In this document: positions 7,392 to 15,638 of the stretch, in pieces
Layout of the letters: the number at the start of each line of letters is the position of its first letter
Position numbering within the stretch: the stretch's first letter is position 1
NCBI GenBank assembly: GCA_964546295.1
Contig: CAZJJJ010000005.1
Coordinates: 1 to 33,036 of the forward strand
Length of the DNA: 33,036 nt
Reading direction: 5' to 3'
DNA from: an uncultured Methanosarcinales archaeon
GTDB taxonomy: Archaea > Nanobdellota > Nanobdellia > Woesearchaeales > CAZJJJ01
The notes under the pieces: model-generated
What the model was told of the DNA's origin: nothing
Seen by the model: only the letters and a program-made list of their open reading frames with translations
The model's database searches: none
Made by a program: the position numbers and the translations under genes

Positions 7392-8735
7392 ATGGCTAAT
7401 ATCGATAATTATGAAGCACTCGCTAGCTCGCGCGAAAGGAAATTACTGCTCGAGATTCTCGACAGGACGATGGATGATTGTGACCCTAAGAAGATGACAA
7501 AAGATATCATCAAGAAGATTGATGATGGTATAGAAATCATGGGAAACAGCATCACTTTCAAAGATAATGATGTCTATGTGATTGGTGCAGGCAGATCGGC
7601 AGGACATATGGCTGAGGTGATTGACGAACAGATTGGCGACTACATAACCAAAGGACTGATCAATACCGACTCAGGCCACGAGGACATAGGCAATATAAGA
7701 GTTCAACGATCATCACTTTCTCCGACAAAGCAGAATATCAACAATACGGCCCGGATGCTTACTCTCGCAAAGAAGGTAAAAGAGGATGACATTGTAATAT
7801 TCCTGCTATCTGAGAATACATCCAATATGCTGATGCATCCAGCTGAAGGGATATCTCAAGAGGAACTTATCGAGACAGAGAAGATACTGCAAGATTCTGG
7901 CCTACCTGAAAAGGATTGTGATATCATAAGAAAGCACATATCTGCTGTGAAAGGAGGTCGCCTCGCTGAAGCGTTCGGATGCAGGTTCTATACCATTATC
8001 CTATCCGATAAGAAGGAGGGAGATCTTTCTGCCATTGGTGCTTCTCCTAGTGACTGTGATATAAGTACATTTGAGGATACAGATAAGATAATAAAAAAGA
8101 ACAAGCTGAAGCTTCCGAAAGCAGTGATGAAGCACATTGACTTAGGCAAGAAAGGGAAGAACGAGGATACCCCGAAAGTGATGCCAGTGAACTCAAAGAT
8201 CTTCATGGCAGGCTCTATGTTCACAATCCTAGCTTCTGCAAGTGAGCACAGTCAGAAGAGAAAGATACGTACAAAAGATTTCATGCTTGAAGGTAATATA
8301 GAAGACTCGGCAAGATCTTTGTGTGATACATTAAGGGATGAAAGTGCACGGCCCTGCATCTACATAGGTTATGGAAAGAATGAAGGGAAATCTACTAGGA
8401 AAGAGTCACAGAGCAGTAGGTTTGTCCACGAAGTTGTGAAAGGTCTTTCGGATGTCAAGAAGCCATGGGCAATACTATCTTTCAACATGGGAGGAGATGA
8501 CGAGGAAAATAAAAGAGGAGTCATCCTTGACGGGTCACAATATGAAGAGGTATCAAAACTTCTTGAAGATTCCACTACAGATGCAGATAAGATGTTTGCT
8601 GAGCATAACTCATTGATTGTTTCAGAGGGATGCGCGATAGACCTGTCCGATCTTGTGATAGCTTTTCTAGGGACAAACTGGAACAAGAACAGGCGTAGTC
8701 ACAAGGGCAAAAACAACAAGAGAAAGAAGCGCTGA
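7392..8735 (+). CDS. divergent glycerate-2-kinase / MOFRL-family (DUF4147+MOFRL) protein with a basic tail
   Basis: VYVIGAGRSAGHMAE and IRKHISAVKGGRLAEA match the family. The usual Gly-rich motifs look degenerate (SENTSNM, MGGDDE). C-terminal NKNRRSHKGKNNKRKKR. Confidence 0.6.
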   Translation: MANIDNYEALASSRERKLLLEILDRTMDDCDPKKMTKDIIKKIDDGIEIMGNSITFKDNDVYVIGAGRSAGHMAEVIDEQIGDYITKGLINTDSGHEDIGNIRVQRSSLSPTKQNINNTARMLTLAKKVKEDDIVIFLLSENTSNMLMHPAEGISQEELIETEKILQDSGLPEKDCDIIRKHISAVKGGRLAEAFGCRFYTIILSDKKEGDLSAIGASPSDCDISTFEDTDKIIKKNKLKLPKAVMKHIDLGKKGKNEDTPKVMPVNSKIFMAGSMFTILASASEHSQKRKIRTKDFMLEGNIEDSARSLCDTLRDESARPCIYIGYGKNEGKSTRKESQSSRFVHEVVKGLSDVKKPWAILSFNMGGDDEENKRGVILDGSQYEEVSKLLEDSTTDADKMFAEHNSLIVSEGCAIDLSDLVIAFLGTNWNKNRRSHKGKNNKRKKR

Positions 8736-8739
8736 TTCT

Positions 8740-9297
8740 TCAGAAGAAGTACCTTAAATCACGCACAAACACATTCTTCCTGTTCTTCTCGTCAATCCTG
8801 ACAAGATTCTCTGTCGCCTGTATTTCACGGAACCTTTGCTCAAGAGAGACTTTGGTGTCTAGCTCATCCTTTTCGATAAGAAGAGGTATCTCTTTCTTCT
8901 TCATGGAAGCGATGGCTGAACGGATGGTGCTCCTATTGAGACCCAGTTTCCGTGAGAGTGTTGTGTATGACATTCTGGAATTTTCTGAATAGATTGCAAT
9001 GAAGACCTTCTGTTCCTCATCAGACAAAGTTGTCTTGCTGAACTTGTTCTTCCGCTTCATGAGTTCAGTCAGCATCATATGGGTGCTCTCCAGTTTTGAT
9101 GCAATGGCATCAACCTTCTGGTCCAGCTGAGAGATGCGTTCGTAATTATCCTGTATCTCTAAGGTATTGCTGTTGATCGCATTGAGGTGATCCTCGAACT
9201 CTTCCTTCATGGAATCGATCTCACTTTTGAACTTGTCTATACTCACATCACCACCTAATGTCTCGCTGTACTGCCTTATGTTTACCACCCAGAACAT
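8740..9297 (-). CDS. coiled-coil protein with a C-terminal helix-turn-helix DNA-binding domain
   Basis: Heptad-like N-terminal half. LSDEEQKVFIAIYSENSRMSYTTLSRKLGLNRSTIRSAIASMKKK is HTH-like. The ORF-track ATG 9330 lies inside the TATA element, so ATG 9297 (or GTG 9288) is preferred. Confidence 0.65.
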   Translation of the reverse strand: MFWVVNIRQYSETLGGDVSIDKFKSEIDSMKEEFEDHLNAINSNTLEIQDNYERISQLDQKVDAIASKLESTHMMLTELMKRKNKFSKTTLSDEEQKVFIAIYSENSRMSYTTLSRKLGLNRSTIRSAIASMKKKEIPLLIEKDELDTKVSLEQRFREIQATENLVRIDEKNRKNVFVRDLRYFF

Positions 9298-9312
9298 ACA
9301 ATGAGACAGTTC

Positions 9313-9329
9313 CTTTATATAATTTTTCA
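9313..9329 (-). promoter_or_regulatory. BRE/TATA promoter module, 17-mer identical to 30981-30997
   Basis: Plus-strand ctttatataatttttca (minus-strand TGAAAAATTATATAAAG) occurs identically upstream of two unrelated minus-strand genes. Confidence 0.55.
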
Positions 9330-9386
9330 TGTCACATGATGATGATAACTTCTTGCCATCATGATATGATACTTAATGAAAGAAAA

Positions 9387-9396
9387 CATTAAATAC
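9387..9396 (+). promoter_or_regulatory. TATA box for the PLD-like gene
   Basis: cattaaatac centred about 26 nt upstream of ATG 9418. Confidence 0.45.
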
Positions 9397-9417
9397 TGCT
9401 CCTGTCGCTGATGTGAT

Positions 9418-10134
9418 ATGGACCCAGCAAGGGCAAAGTCCGAGATATATCTTGGTAGGAATGCCGGAAGGGATTGCATGGACAGCATCATGCATTCTGA
9501 GAAGAGCGTAAAGATCGTCTCTCCATACTTGAGCCCAAGATACATAAGGAAGTTGCTGAGGCTACACGAGAAAGGAGTGAAGATACGCCTCATCACATCA
9601 GACAGGATCGAAGAGAAAGATGACGAGCTCAATCATAAGGATCTCATAAAACAAGAATGCCATCTTGATGAGACGAGAGCTATGGTCAGGACCGTGCTCT
9701 TGGTGGTTTCTGCCCTAGCAGCCATCGCCTCATTGATGCTCATCTCATACAGTCTGTTGACCGGACTGCTCATCCTATTAGCATCGTTAGCAGTTGGCAT
9801 CTATTCCTACATATTTTTCAGGACGAAAACATATTCCTACCATCCTGTCTTCGACCTTAAGGTGTTCGATAGCTCCGCAGATATGGAAGGCCGCAGAGGT
9901 TATCTTATCCATTCTAAGGTGTATGTGATTGATGATAAGATCGCATACCTGGGCTCGATGAATTTCACCAAGAATGGATTCGTCAACAGTTACGAGAGCT
10001 CCATAAAGATAGAAGAGAAGGGAGCAGTGAAGAAGATATCATCAGAAGTGGATTGGCTTTTCGAGAACTGCGAGCTTGTAGCAATGGACATCGATGAATG
10101 GGGCAAGAGATTGTATGATGAGCCAAGGAACTGA
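9418..10134 (+). CDS. single-HKD phospholipase D / Nuc-superfamily protein interrupted by a two-helix membrane hairpin
   Basis: HSKVYVIDDKIAYLGSMN fits HxK(x)4D(x)6GSxN. The N-terminal half of the PLD fold is present (SVKIVSPYLSPRYIRKLLRLHEKGVKIRLITSD). About 45 hydrophobic residues (VLLVVSALAAIASLMLISYSLLTGLLILLASLAVGIYSYIFF) lie between the two halves. Confidence 0.8.
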   Translation: MDPARAKSEIYLGRNAGRDCMDSIMHSEKSVKIVSPYLSPRYIRKLLRLHEKGVKIRLITSDRIEEKDDELNHKDLIKQECHLDETRAMVRTVLLVVSALAAIASLMLISYSLLTGLLILLASLAVGIYSYIFFRTKTYSYHPVFDLKVFDSSADMEGRRGYLIHSKVYVIDDKIAYLGSMNFTKNGFVNSYESSIKIEEKGAVKKISSEVDWLFENCELVAMDIDEWGKRLYDEPRN

Positions 10135-10195
10135 TGTCAACGGAAATGAAAAAGCATTAGCAATTTTTTGTGAGAATCTAGACCCGCGCTTGACT

Positions 10196-11221
10196 CTATG
10201 CTAACAATTTAATGGCTTTCTTCCTAAAATAGGGGATCTTAGTCGATAGAACCAGAATATACAATACTATTGTCCTAAATTTACCACATCTGATTAAGAA
10301 ACTCATCAATCTTTCATGTTTCTCTTTTCTTTTCAACAGGACTTCTATCTTACTTGATTGGTATTCCTTATCTTGAATGATCTTAGCAACCTCTTTCCCT
10401 GAGACGAGAGCTTGATATATTCCCTCGCCAGTCAACCCCGAAAGAAAACCTCCAGCATCTCCTATTAAAAATACATTCCCAAATTTATATCCTTGGTAAT
10501 CATAATCTAACATGAATGCCTCATATTTAGCGTTTGAGACATCAATATGCTTTTTCTTGAGCCAATCGGTGAAACTTTTTTTCAGATCTTTTGAGGAGAT
10601 GATTTTCGGATCACATCCACAACCAACAGACACATAATTCTTATGAGGGAAAATCCAAGCATACCAAGCAGAAAATGATTTTGGCTCAAAAAAAAGTTCA
10701 AAATCCTTATATTTTTTAGTTGGTATAATATATTGGATTCCAATACCTACTCTCTCTGGTTTTATTCCTAAATATCTTTTCACAATAGATGACGAACCAT
10801 CAGCTCCGACTAAGAATTTATATGCTATCTTTTTATTATTGACAACAATAGACTTTTTTCCAATCTTGGTGACTCTTGATTTTGTCCTGACTTCAATATT
10901 TTTGAATTTTTTCAATTTTTTCAATTGCCATTGACCGAGATTCTTTCTATCGATTGTATATGCAAAGTTATCGTCATTTTTTAGTTTGGAGCTAAAATTA
11001 TTGACATGCACCTTAATCTCATTATATTGGAAATCTAGTAACTTTCGTGGTAAATTTAGATATTCGATATCTTCTCCAGACAATCCCCCTGCACAAACTT
11101 TGGGACCTATCTCAGCATTTTTCTCTAACAACAATACTTTGTATTCAGTACCCCCTAAAGTTTCAGCGCATTTTAGACCGCCCGGACCGGCACCGACTAT
11201 TACCACATCAAAGGATTCCAC
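10196..11221 (-). CDS. geranylgeranyl-reductase-family FAD-dependent oxidoreductase (GTG start)
   Basis: DVVIVGAGPGGLKCAE (GxGxxG), KVCAGGLS, LVGADGSSS, FLIGDAGGF. Lys-rich and very AT-rich compared with neighbouring genes. Confidence 0.85.
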   Translation of the reverse strand: MESFDVVIVGAGPGGLKCAETLGGTEYKVLLLEKNAEIGPKVCAGGLSGEDIEYLNLPRKLLDFQYNEIKVHVNNFSSKLKNDDNFAYTIDRKNLGQWQLKKLKKFKNIEVRTKSRVTKIGKKSIVVNNKKIAYKFLVGADGSSSIVKRYLGIKPERVGIGIQYIIPTKKYKDFELFFEPKSFSAWYAWIFPHKNYVSVGCGCDPKIISSKDLKKSFTDWLKKKHIDVSNAKYEAFMLDYDYQGYKFGNVFLIGDAGGFLSGLTGEGIYQALVSGKEVAKIIQDKEYQSSKIEVLLKRKEKHERLMSFLIRCGKFRTIVLYILVLSTKIPYFRKKAIKLLA

Positions 11222-11242
11222 CTTTTTATCAGATTTGTTCTG

Positions 11243-11254
11243 CTTTATAAAATT
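11243..11254. promoter_or_regulatory. single symmetric TATA box shared by divergent genes 11221(-) and 11273(+)
   Basis: ctttataaaatt centred at about 11248.5. This is 27.5 nt from GTG 11221 and 24.5 nt from ATG 11273. Only 51 nt separate the two starts. Confidence 0.55.
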
Positions 11255-11272
11255 TCTGGCTAGGTCTGATTC

Positions 11273-12016
11273 ATGAAAAAATATTTAAACGATAGTCCTT
11301 ATGTACGAATGATGCATAAGAAACCGAAACATCGTTTCGTGGATCGGGCAGATAAGTTCAATTTCTATCTTACTCGCGTGATACGACTTGCGCTAATCTC
11401 TTCTTTTGTGCTTGGTATATATAACCAGAGATGGATGGCGGTCTTCGTAAGTCTTCTTACTCTGATAATGACCTTCCTGCCCCAGCTAGTGCAGAAAAGG
11501 TACAGGATAAATCTGCCGGGTGAGTTCCAGGTCATCATCGTACTGTTCATCTATGCAGGCATCTATCTAGGAGAGGTCAGGGATTTTTATCTGCGGTACT
11601 GGTGGTGGGATTCCATGCTGCATGCATTCTCGGGCGTAGCACTCGGATTTGCAGGCTTCCTGATACTCTACTCACTGTACAAGACCGAAAGATTGAAGGC
11701 CAGCCCTCTACTCATTGTGATATTCTCATTCTTCTTTGCAGTAGGTCTGGGCGCCGTATGGGAGATTTTTGAGTTCGGCATGGATTCTGCCTTTGGCCTG
11801 GACATGCAGAAAGCCCGTAATCTTGAAGAGGTCTATGGATATTGTGACACGAGGCTTGGCGTCCTTGACACCATGTACGATCTCATTCTTGATGCTATAG
11901 GTGCATTGGTAGCATCAATTGGAGGATATTTTTACCTCAAGAATGGAGAGGTATTCCTGTTCGATAGGCTAATAAGAAGATTCGAAGAGAGTAACACACA
12001 TATATTCAAGAAATGA
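11273..12016 (+). CDS. multi-pass membrane protein, YjdF/DUF2238-like
   Basis: Several TM helices. WDSMLHAFSGV and WEIFEFGMDSAFG...DTMYDLILDAIGA resemble the YjdF pattern (DKLGHF..., YELIEWW...WDTQxDM..ALxGA), recalled from memory. Confidence 0.6.
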   Translation: MKKYLNDSPYVRMMHKKPKHRFVDRADKFNFYLTRVIRLALISSFVLGIYNQRWMAVFVSLLTLIMTFLPQLVQKRYRINLPGEFQVIIVLFIYAGIYLGEVRDFYLRYWWWDSMLHAFSGVALGFAGFLILYSLYKTERLKASPLLIVIFSFFFAVGLGAVWEIFEFGMDSAFGLDMQKARNLEEVYGYCDTRLGVLDTMYDLILDAIGALVASIGGYFYLKNGEVFLFDRLIRRFEESNTHIFKK

Positions 12017-12036
12017 TTACAGAAAAAGATAAAAAA

Positions 12037-12327
12037 TCATAGCATTGATCTGGTCTTTGCTATGTGGTTTGCAATCTCTTCGCCTTTCTTGGTCAGAGAC
12101 AACAGCTTGAGCCGTCCTTGTTTCTCGAACTTCATGAGCCCAGCCCTTTCCATCTCCTGCAGCACTTTCACAACATGAGAATATGTGCAATCGATCTGCT
12201 TGGCCAATGAAGAGGCGTATATGCTGCCCTTGGAATTCTTTAGTGTGACCAGCATCATAGCAGGTTTCTCTCTGAAAATTACATTGAAAATCTTCTCATC
12301 TACCATATCTATACCCCACTCCGTCAT
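12037..12327 (-). CDS. small winged-helix transcriptional regulator
   Basis: 96 aa. SIYASSLAKQIDCTYSHVVKVLQEMERAGLMKFEKQGRLKLLSLTKKGEE is wHTH-like. GAGGTGA lies directly upstream of ATG 12327; ATG 12306 is an alternative start. Confidence 0.75.
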   Translation of the reverse strand: MTEWGIDMVDEKIFNVIFREKPAMMLVTLKNSKGSIYASSLAKQIDCTYSHVVKVLQEMERAGLMKFEKQGRLKLLSLTKKGEEIANHIAKTRSML

Positions 12328-12345
12328 TCACCTCTTTCCCGGAGG

Positions 12346-12387
12346 GTTCTCAGAACTATGAGTTTTAACATATAAGTTCTTGAACTT
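12346..12387 (-). promoter_or_regulatory. two GTTC/GAAC palindromes in the promoter and 5' leader of the wHTH gene (candidate auto-operator)
   Basis: GTTCtcaGAAC at 12346-12356 and the perfect 14-nt palindrome AAGTTCTTGAACTT at 12374-12387. Both lie just downstream of the TATA at 12403-12416. Confidence 0.45.
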
Positions 12388-12402
12388 GTTTCAGAATCGT
12401 TA

Positions 12403-12416
12403 TTTTATATAAAAAA
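12403..12416 (-). promoter_or_regulatory. TATA box for the wHTH gene (leadered transcript)
   Basis: Minus strand ttttttatataaaa. The predicted TSS falls in the 12374-12387 palindrome, giving a 5' UTR of about 55 nt. Confidence 0.4.
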
Positions 12417-12483
12417 GTTTCTAATACACCTTTCGCAGGAGTCATTTCCCATTGTTTATCTGTGACCTCGAGGTGACAAAATA

Positions 12484-13605
12484 TCAATCAGAGAGCAATA
12501 GAGGAACTAGCATCTCGTCCTCATCCACACCACTATGCATCCCTACCATCGATGGCTTCTCCTTGTCATGGAGATTGTCTACGATGGCATAATTGGCCTT
12601 AGGTATAATCACGAAATCACCTATGCGTTCATAAAGACGCTTATCTGGAGTAAACTTTCCAAAGATACCTCGTTCTACCAGATCCTCGCTACGATAGATG
12701 TCGCAGTACTCCGAGAGCTGCTCCTTCACGAGTGCCTCGAAAGTCTCTGCCTTTGAGAGTCTGACATAACAATAGACTGCCCTGACATCGCCACAAAGGG
12801 GCAAAGATAGGCAATCATATATCTCCTTGTATTCCCTGAGATCTATACGTGTCTCGTCTGTAGTGTCTATCATGCCATGATCCGCTGTGATTATGATTCT
12901 CGTGCCGCTACCTTCTAACCTCTTTTTCAGGTCAGTGATGAATCCTGTGAGCTCATTGAAATGTTCTTTGACCTCCTCACTAGCCACACCATACTCGTGG
13001 CAGAGATGATCGAACTGTGGCCAATAGCCGAAGATGTACCTTTTTCCATCGCCTTTGGCTGCACGTAATAGCTGCCTATAGAAACCAGAGAGAGAATTAT
13101 AGCCCAAATCAGTCTCTAGAGCGATATCTGACGGTCTCACTCCTACATAATCTGCATTAATCCCAGTCTCAAAAGTTGGCTTATCCATAACTATAGATCT
13201 GTCAAAATCTTTTTTCGGATATACCTGTCTCTTCATCGCCCTGGGAGTGAAAAGCAATGTCGTAGAGACCGCACCCAACTCTTTGAGATTCATGAACCAA
13301 CCAGTGCATGCATGCTGCTGAGGTGGCAATCCTGTGTGGAATGAGGGGATTGCCGCTCCTGTTGTGGAGGGGAATACTGAGGTCATGGACCCTTTCAGCA
13401 TATTCTCAAGCACTGTCCCTGAAGCATTCCTTTTCACATAATTGTACCCCATCCCGTCAATCACTATCAGCATGATCTTGCTGCTCCTTGAAAGCTCTGC
13501 AGAATCAAGGATGGAAAGCTCAGGATAATCATGGTCTCCTCCTAACGCATGCTTGATAGAGCTCATGAGGTTGACGATACTTCCTCCATCATAGTCAGGG
13601 AACAT
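12484..13605 (-). CDS. alkaline-phosphatase-superfamily phosphodiesterase / nucleotide pyrophosphatase-like protein
   Basis: MLIVIDGMGYNY, SVFPSTTGAAIPS (Thr nucleophile region), FDHLCHEYG, IIITADHGM, GMHSG. TATA (minus-strand gttttttaattatc, 13622-13635) lies about 23 nt upstream of ATG 13605. Confidence 0.8.
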   Translation of the reverse strand: MFPDYDGGSIVNLMSSIKHALGGDHDYPELSILDSAELSRSSKIMLIVIDGMGYNYVKRNASGTVLENMLKGSMTSVFPSTTGAAIPSFHTGLPPQQHACTGWFMNLKELGAVSTTLLFTPRAMKRQVYPKKDFDRSIVMDKPTFETGINADYVGVRPSDIALETDLGYNSLSGFYRQLLRAAKGDGKRYIFGYWPQFDHLCHEYGVASEEVKEHFNELTGFITDLKKRLEGSGTRIIITADHGMIDTTDETRIDLREYKEIYDCLSLPLCGDVRAVYCYVRLSKAETFEALVKEQLSEYCDIYRSEDLVERGIFGKFTPDKRLYERIGDFVIIPKANYAIVDNLHDKEKPSMVGMHSGVDEDEMLVPLLLSD

Positions 13606-13678
13606 ACTATTGTTTTCTTGAGATAATTAAAAAACATATCGGTAACTGCGCATCTCACAGGACAGATATCTCCATTAA

Positions 13679-13690
13679 CTTTATAAAAAA
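13679..13690 (+). promoter_or_regulatory. TATA box for xpd
   Basis: ctttataaaaaa lies 22-25 nt upstream of the tandem ATGs at 13707 and 13710. GTG 13701 from the ORF track is too close. Confidence 0.45.
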
Positions 13691-13706
13691 TCACCTTTCC
13701 GTGCTG

Positions 13707-15635
13707 ATGATGTATAAGACAGGAGACCTATTCCCTTTCAAAGAGATGAGACCAGTACAGAAGGAGATGATCGATACTGTACGAGATGCCCTTGAAGGCG
13801 AGAAAAATCTCATCGCACACGCCCCAACAGGTCTGGGCAAGACTGTCGCATCACTCGCCCCCGCACTAGAGTATGCGTTGGATAACAACAAAGTCATTTT
13901 CTTTCTCACATCACGCCATACACAGCACAAGATCGCTATTGATACCATGCGAGAGATCAAGGAGAAGAAGGGCGTAAGGTTCAATGTTGTTGATTTCATA
14001 GGCAAACGATCCATGTGCTTGGTTCCTGGAGTGGATTCGCTTAACTCATCAGAATTCCTGGAATACTGCAGGACAGTGAGCAGGAAGGATTACACCTGTG
14101 AGTATTATGTGAATGCCAGGAAACAGGGAGGACAGGCGACAGTGAAGGCACAAGAGGCGATATCAAAAGCGAAAGACATGGATCTTGACGCATTGATGCA
14201 GTTCTGCTCCAGAGAGAAGCTCTGCCCTTATGAGATATCTATGATGCTCGCAGAGAAAGCGAGAGTAGTCGTCTGTGATTATTACTATATCTTCAATGAC
14301 AGTATACGACAGATGATACTGGGTAAGATGGACAGGACCTTGAGCGAATGCATCGTCATAATAGATGAGGCACATAATCTTCCTTTCAGGATACGCGATC
14401 TGATGACATCGAGGACCACTAAGAACGTGCTTGAACGGGCAGTGAAAGAGGCAAAGAAGTACGGCTATACAGATATAGCTGAAGAGCTATCAGGGATATC
14501 AAAGTCAGTGTCATCTCTCGCAGAAGGCATGGAAGAGAATGATGAGAGAAGACTCAGCATGGAAGAGCTGACTTCAATCGTAGAGCACCATGCTGGAGAT
14601 ATCAAGAGGTTCCTTGAAGACCTCGAGGATGCCTCAGATAAGATACGGGAAGAACAGAAGCAATCATTTGTCGGATCCTTCGGCATGTTCTTGAGCGAGT
14701 GGATACGAAAAGAAGATGGCTTTGCTAGGATACTCTCTGTGAAGGAAGGGTATGAGGAACCCAATATCATGATCTCTTATAGATGTCTAGACCCTGCAGT
14801 CGTATCACGTGATATCGTCAACAGCACACACTCGAGCATTCTCATGTCAGGCACTCTCATTCCAGTAGAGATGTATAAGGATCTCCTCGAGATAGATGAC
14901 CCTATAATAAGGATATTCCCGAGCCCTTTCCCTGATGAGAATAGGTTGAATCTTGTAGTTCCAGATGTTACCACAAAGTTCACACACAGGAATGAGCGTC
15001 AGTTCCAGAAGATAGCAAGGATATGTGCTGAGATAACCAATAATGTGCCAGGTAATTCCGCAATCTTCTTCCCGAGCTATTCTCTGAGGGACAGAATCAA
15101 CTATTACCTACGTATCGAATCCAACAAATCACAATTAGTGGAGGAGAGCGGGATGACACAGGAAGAGAAAAGCCAGTTCATCGAGAAGCTGGAAGGTTAT
15201 AAAGATACAGGGATAGTGCTCCTTGGAGCATCCTCAGGGAGCTTCGGCGAGGGCGTGGATTTCCCAGGAGATCTATTGAAATGCGTTATTGTTGTAGGCC
15301 TACCATTGCGCACACCAGACCTCGAGACCAAAGATACTATCGAATATTTTGACAGGAAATTCGCAAAAGGTTGGAATTACGGATACATATTCCCAGCATT
15401 CAATCTGACATTACAGAATGCAGGGCGTTGCATACGCTCAGAGACAGATAAGGGCATAGTGGTTTTCGTGGACGAGAGATATACCTGGAATCAGTACAGC
15501 AGATGCTTCCCTGAAGATGTCAATCCCAAAGTCCCTGAAGACGTGGGAAAAGATGTTCTCTCTTTCTTCAGTGGAGGTCTTCAACAGACGCTCATAGAGG
15601 AGGACGCAGACATGGATGACCTTGACGATTTCTGA
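13707..15635 (+). CDS. xpd: XPD/Rad3-type 5'-3' DNA helicase with an FeS domain
   Basis: AHAPTGLGKT (Walker A), IIDEAHNL (DEAH). Cys cluster (RSMC, EYC, YTCEYY, FCSREKLCPYE). C-terminal GRCIRSETDKG motif. Confidence 0.9.
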   Translation: MMYKTGDLFPFKEMRPVQKEMIDTVRDALEGEKNLIAHAPTGLGKTVASLAPALEYALDNNKVIFFLTSRHTQHKIAIDTMREIKEKKGVRFNVVDFIGKRSMCLVPGVDSLNSSEFLEYCRTVSRKDYTCEYYVNARKQGGQATVKAQEAISKAKDMDLDALMQFCSREKLCPYEISMMLAEKARVVVCDYYYIFNDSIRQMILGKMDRTLSECIVIIDEAHNLPFRIRDLMTSRTTKNVLERAVKEAKKYGYTDIAEELSGISKSVSSLAEGMEENDERRLSMEELTSIVEHHAGDIKRFLEDLEDASDKIREEQKQSFVGSFGMFLSEWIRKEDGFARILSVKEGYEEPNIMISYRCLDPAVVSRDIVNSTHSSILMSGTLIPVEMYKDLLEIDDPIIRIFPSPFPDENRLNLVVPDVTTKFTHRNERQFQKIARICAEITNNVPGNSAIFFPSYSLRDRINYYLRIESNKSQLVEESGMTQEEKSQFIEKLEGYKDTGIVLLGASSGSFGEGVDFPGDLLKCVIVVGLPLRTPDLETKDTIEYFDRKFAKGWNYGYIFPAFNLTLQNAGRCIRSETDKGIVVFVDERYTWNQYSRCFPEDVNPKVPEDVGKDVLSFFSGGLQQTLIEEDADMDDLDDF

Positions 15636-15638
15636 ACA

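Noticed and set aside
9336-9410. Possible C/D-box sRNA (ATGATGA ... CTGA) in the 9331-9417 spacer
   Set aside because: No D' or C' boxes are found at the required spacing, and there is no terminal stem. The ATGATGA run is better explained as part of the divergent promoter region.
12484-15635. PglZ/BREX-like or other defence association of the alkaline-phosphatase-fold gene with the XPD helicase
   Set aside because: The phosphatase-fold protein is only 373 aa and matches the ordinary nucleotide pyrophosphatase/phosphodiesterase pattern. XPD carries the full FeS/DEAH housekeeping signature. No methyltransferase, nuclease or other defence partners are present.
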